A stretch of DNA of 64,000 nucleotides from Acanthaster planci (lineage: Eukaryota), in assembly GCF_001949145.1 (NCBI RefSeq), contig NW_019091359.1, positions 3,647,463 through 3,711,462 on the forward strand. Direction: 5' to 3'. The notes beneath the pieces were generated by a model. That model was given only the letters and a program-made list of their open reading frames with translations. It was not told the origin of the DNA and ran no database searches. A program made the position numbers and the translations under genes. Of the stretch, positions 63,389 through 64,000 are shown one piece after another (the stretch's first letter is position 1; each line of letters opens with the position of its first letter).

Positions 63389-63572
63389 CTACATATTAGA
63401 GGAGAACCAAAAAAGAAGATTGGTAAAGATGAGAAATGAGCTCTGTGCTCTGCTTCCAACAGGAATATGCATAAGCTTCACATTATTTCAAGCACTCTTC
63501 CTATCAATTGAGTAACAACACTTGGATTAGACACATTGGCCTAAATCTTACTTAACAGTTCCTTTTATACTA

Positions 63573-63746
63573 CAATCGAATCTCGTTAATGAGAGCACTG
63601 TTAATACAAGATTCTGCTTATAATAAGGAAATTTTTAGGTCCTTATCTTTTGTTTTTCATTGTTTTCATTCCTGATAATACAAAGTTCCTGTTATAACAG
63701 GGTCATTTGCCAAGTCCCAAGGACCTCTTATTAATGAGGTTGGATA
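63573..63746. mobile_element. Tc1/mariner (Tigger-like) MITE, copy 2 (degenerate, inverted)
   Basis: ta-CAATCGAATCTCGTTAATGAGAG...CTCTTATTAATGAGGTTGGAT; AGGAAATTTTTAGGTCC is the reverse complement of a copy 1 segment. Confidence 0.55.
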
Positions 63747-64000
63747 ATAAAGAAGTTGTATACCTAATGCTTATCCTGCTCAAGGGAAATAGTTATCTAT
63801 ATGAATCATACATGCTCTGAAGTATTTTCTATTTGATGTTCCTAGGAGGAAAAGACATTATAAAATCACAAGGATCTGCTGCCAACAAGCTTTCACTTAA
63901 GTCACTGGATTCAGTCCAGCAGAACAAGTGGACATTTTGAGCCCAGCATCTTACAAGGATGAAATCAGCAGGTAGCCTGCAAGGTGCATCAATCCAAGCC

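Overview
AT-rich, intron-rich animal genomic DNA that looks like a marine invertebrate; the species cannot be determined from the sequence. It is not prokaryotic, so most ORF-track entries are noise or exon fragments. Three spliced genes were reconstructed by hand, all with GT-AG introns and consistent phases. (1) A 5'-partial MAGI scaffold gene on + (GK, 2 WW, PDZ1-5; 22 exons, 3313-45430). (2) A complete AGPAT1/2-type LPA acyltransferase on - (6 exons, 50747-55035). (3) A 5'-partial ZMYND10 on - (9 exons, 56787-63388). The introns hold many non-autonomous DNA transposons with TIRs and TSDs, tRNA-derived SINE-like repeats and minisatellites. The most interesting signals are: a 103-codon coiled-coil ORF in the MAGI WW2 intron whose donor splices in frame to the next exon; other candidate internal first exons; three candidate alternative C-termini; a ~64-bp tandem repeat that starts inside the MAGI coding end and spans the stop codon; a tandem repeat built from a ZMYND10 splice donor; and a large excess of TA-NN-N'N'-TA palindromes that look like transposon excision footprints. 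No database searches were run; family names come from recognising motifs.
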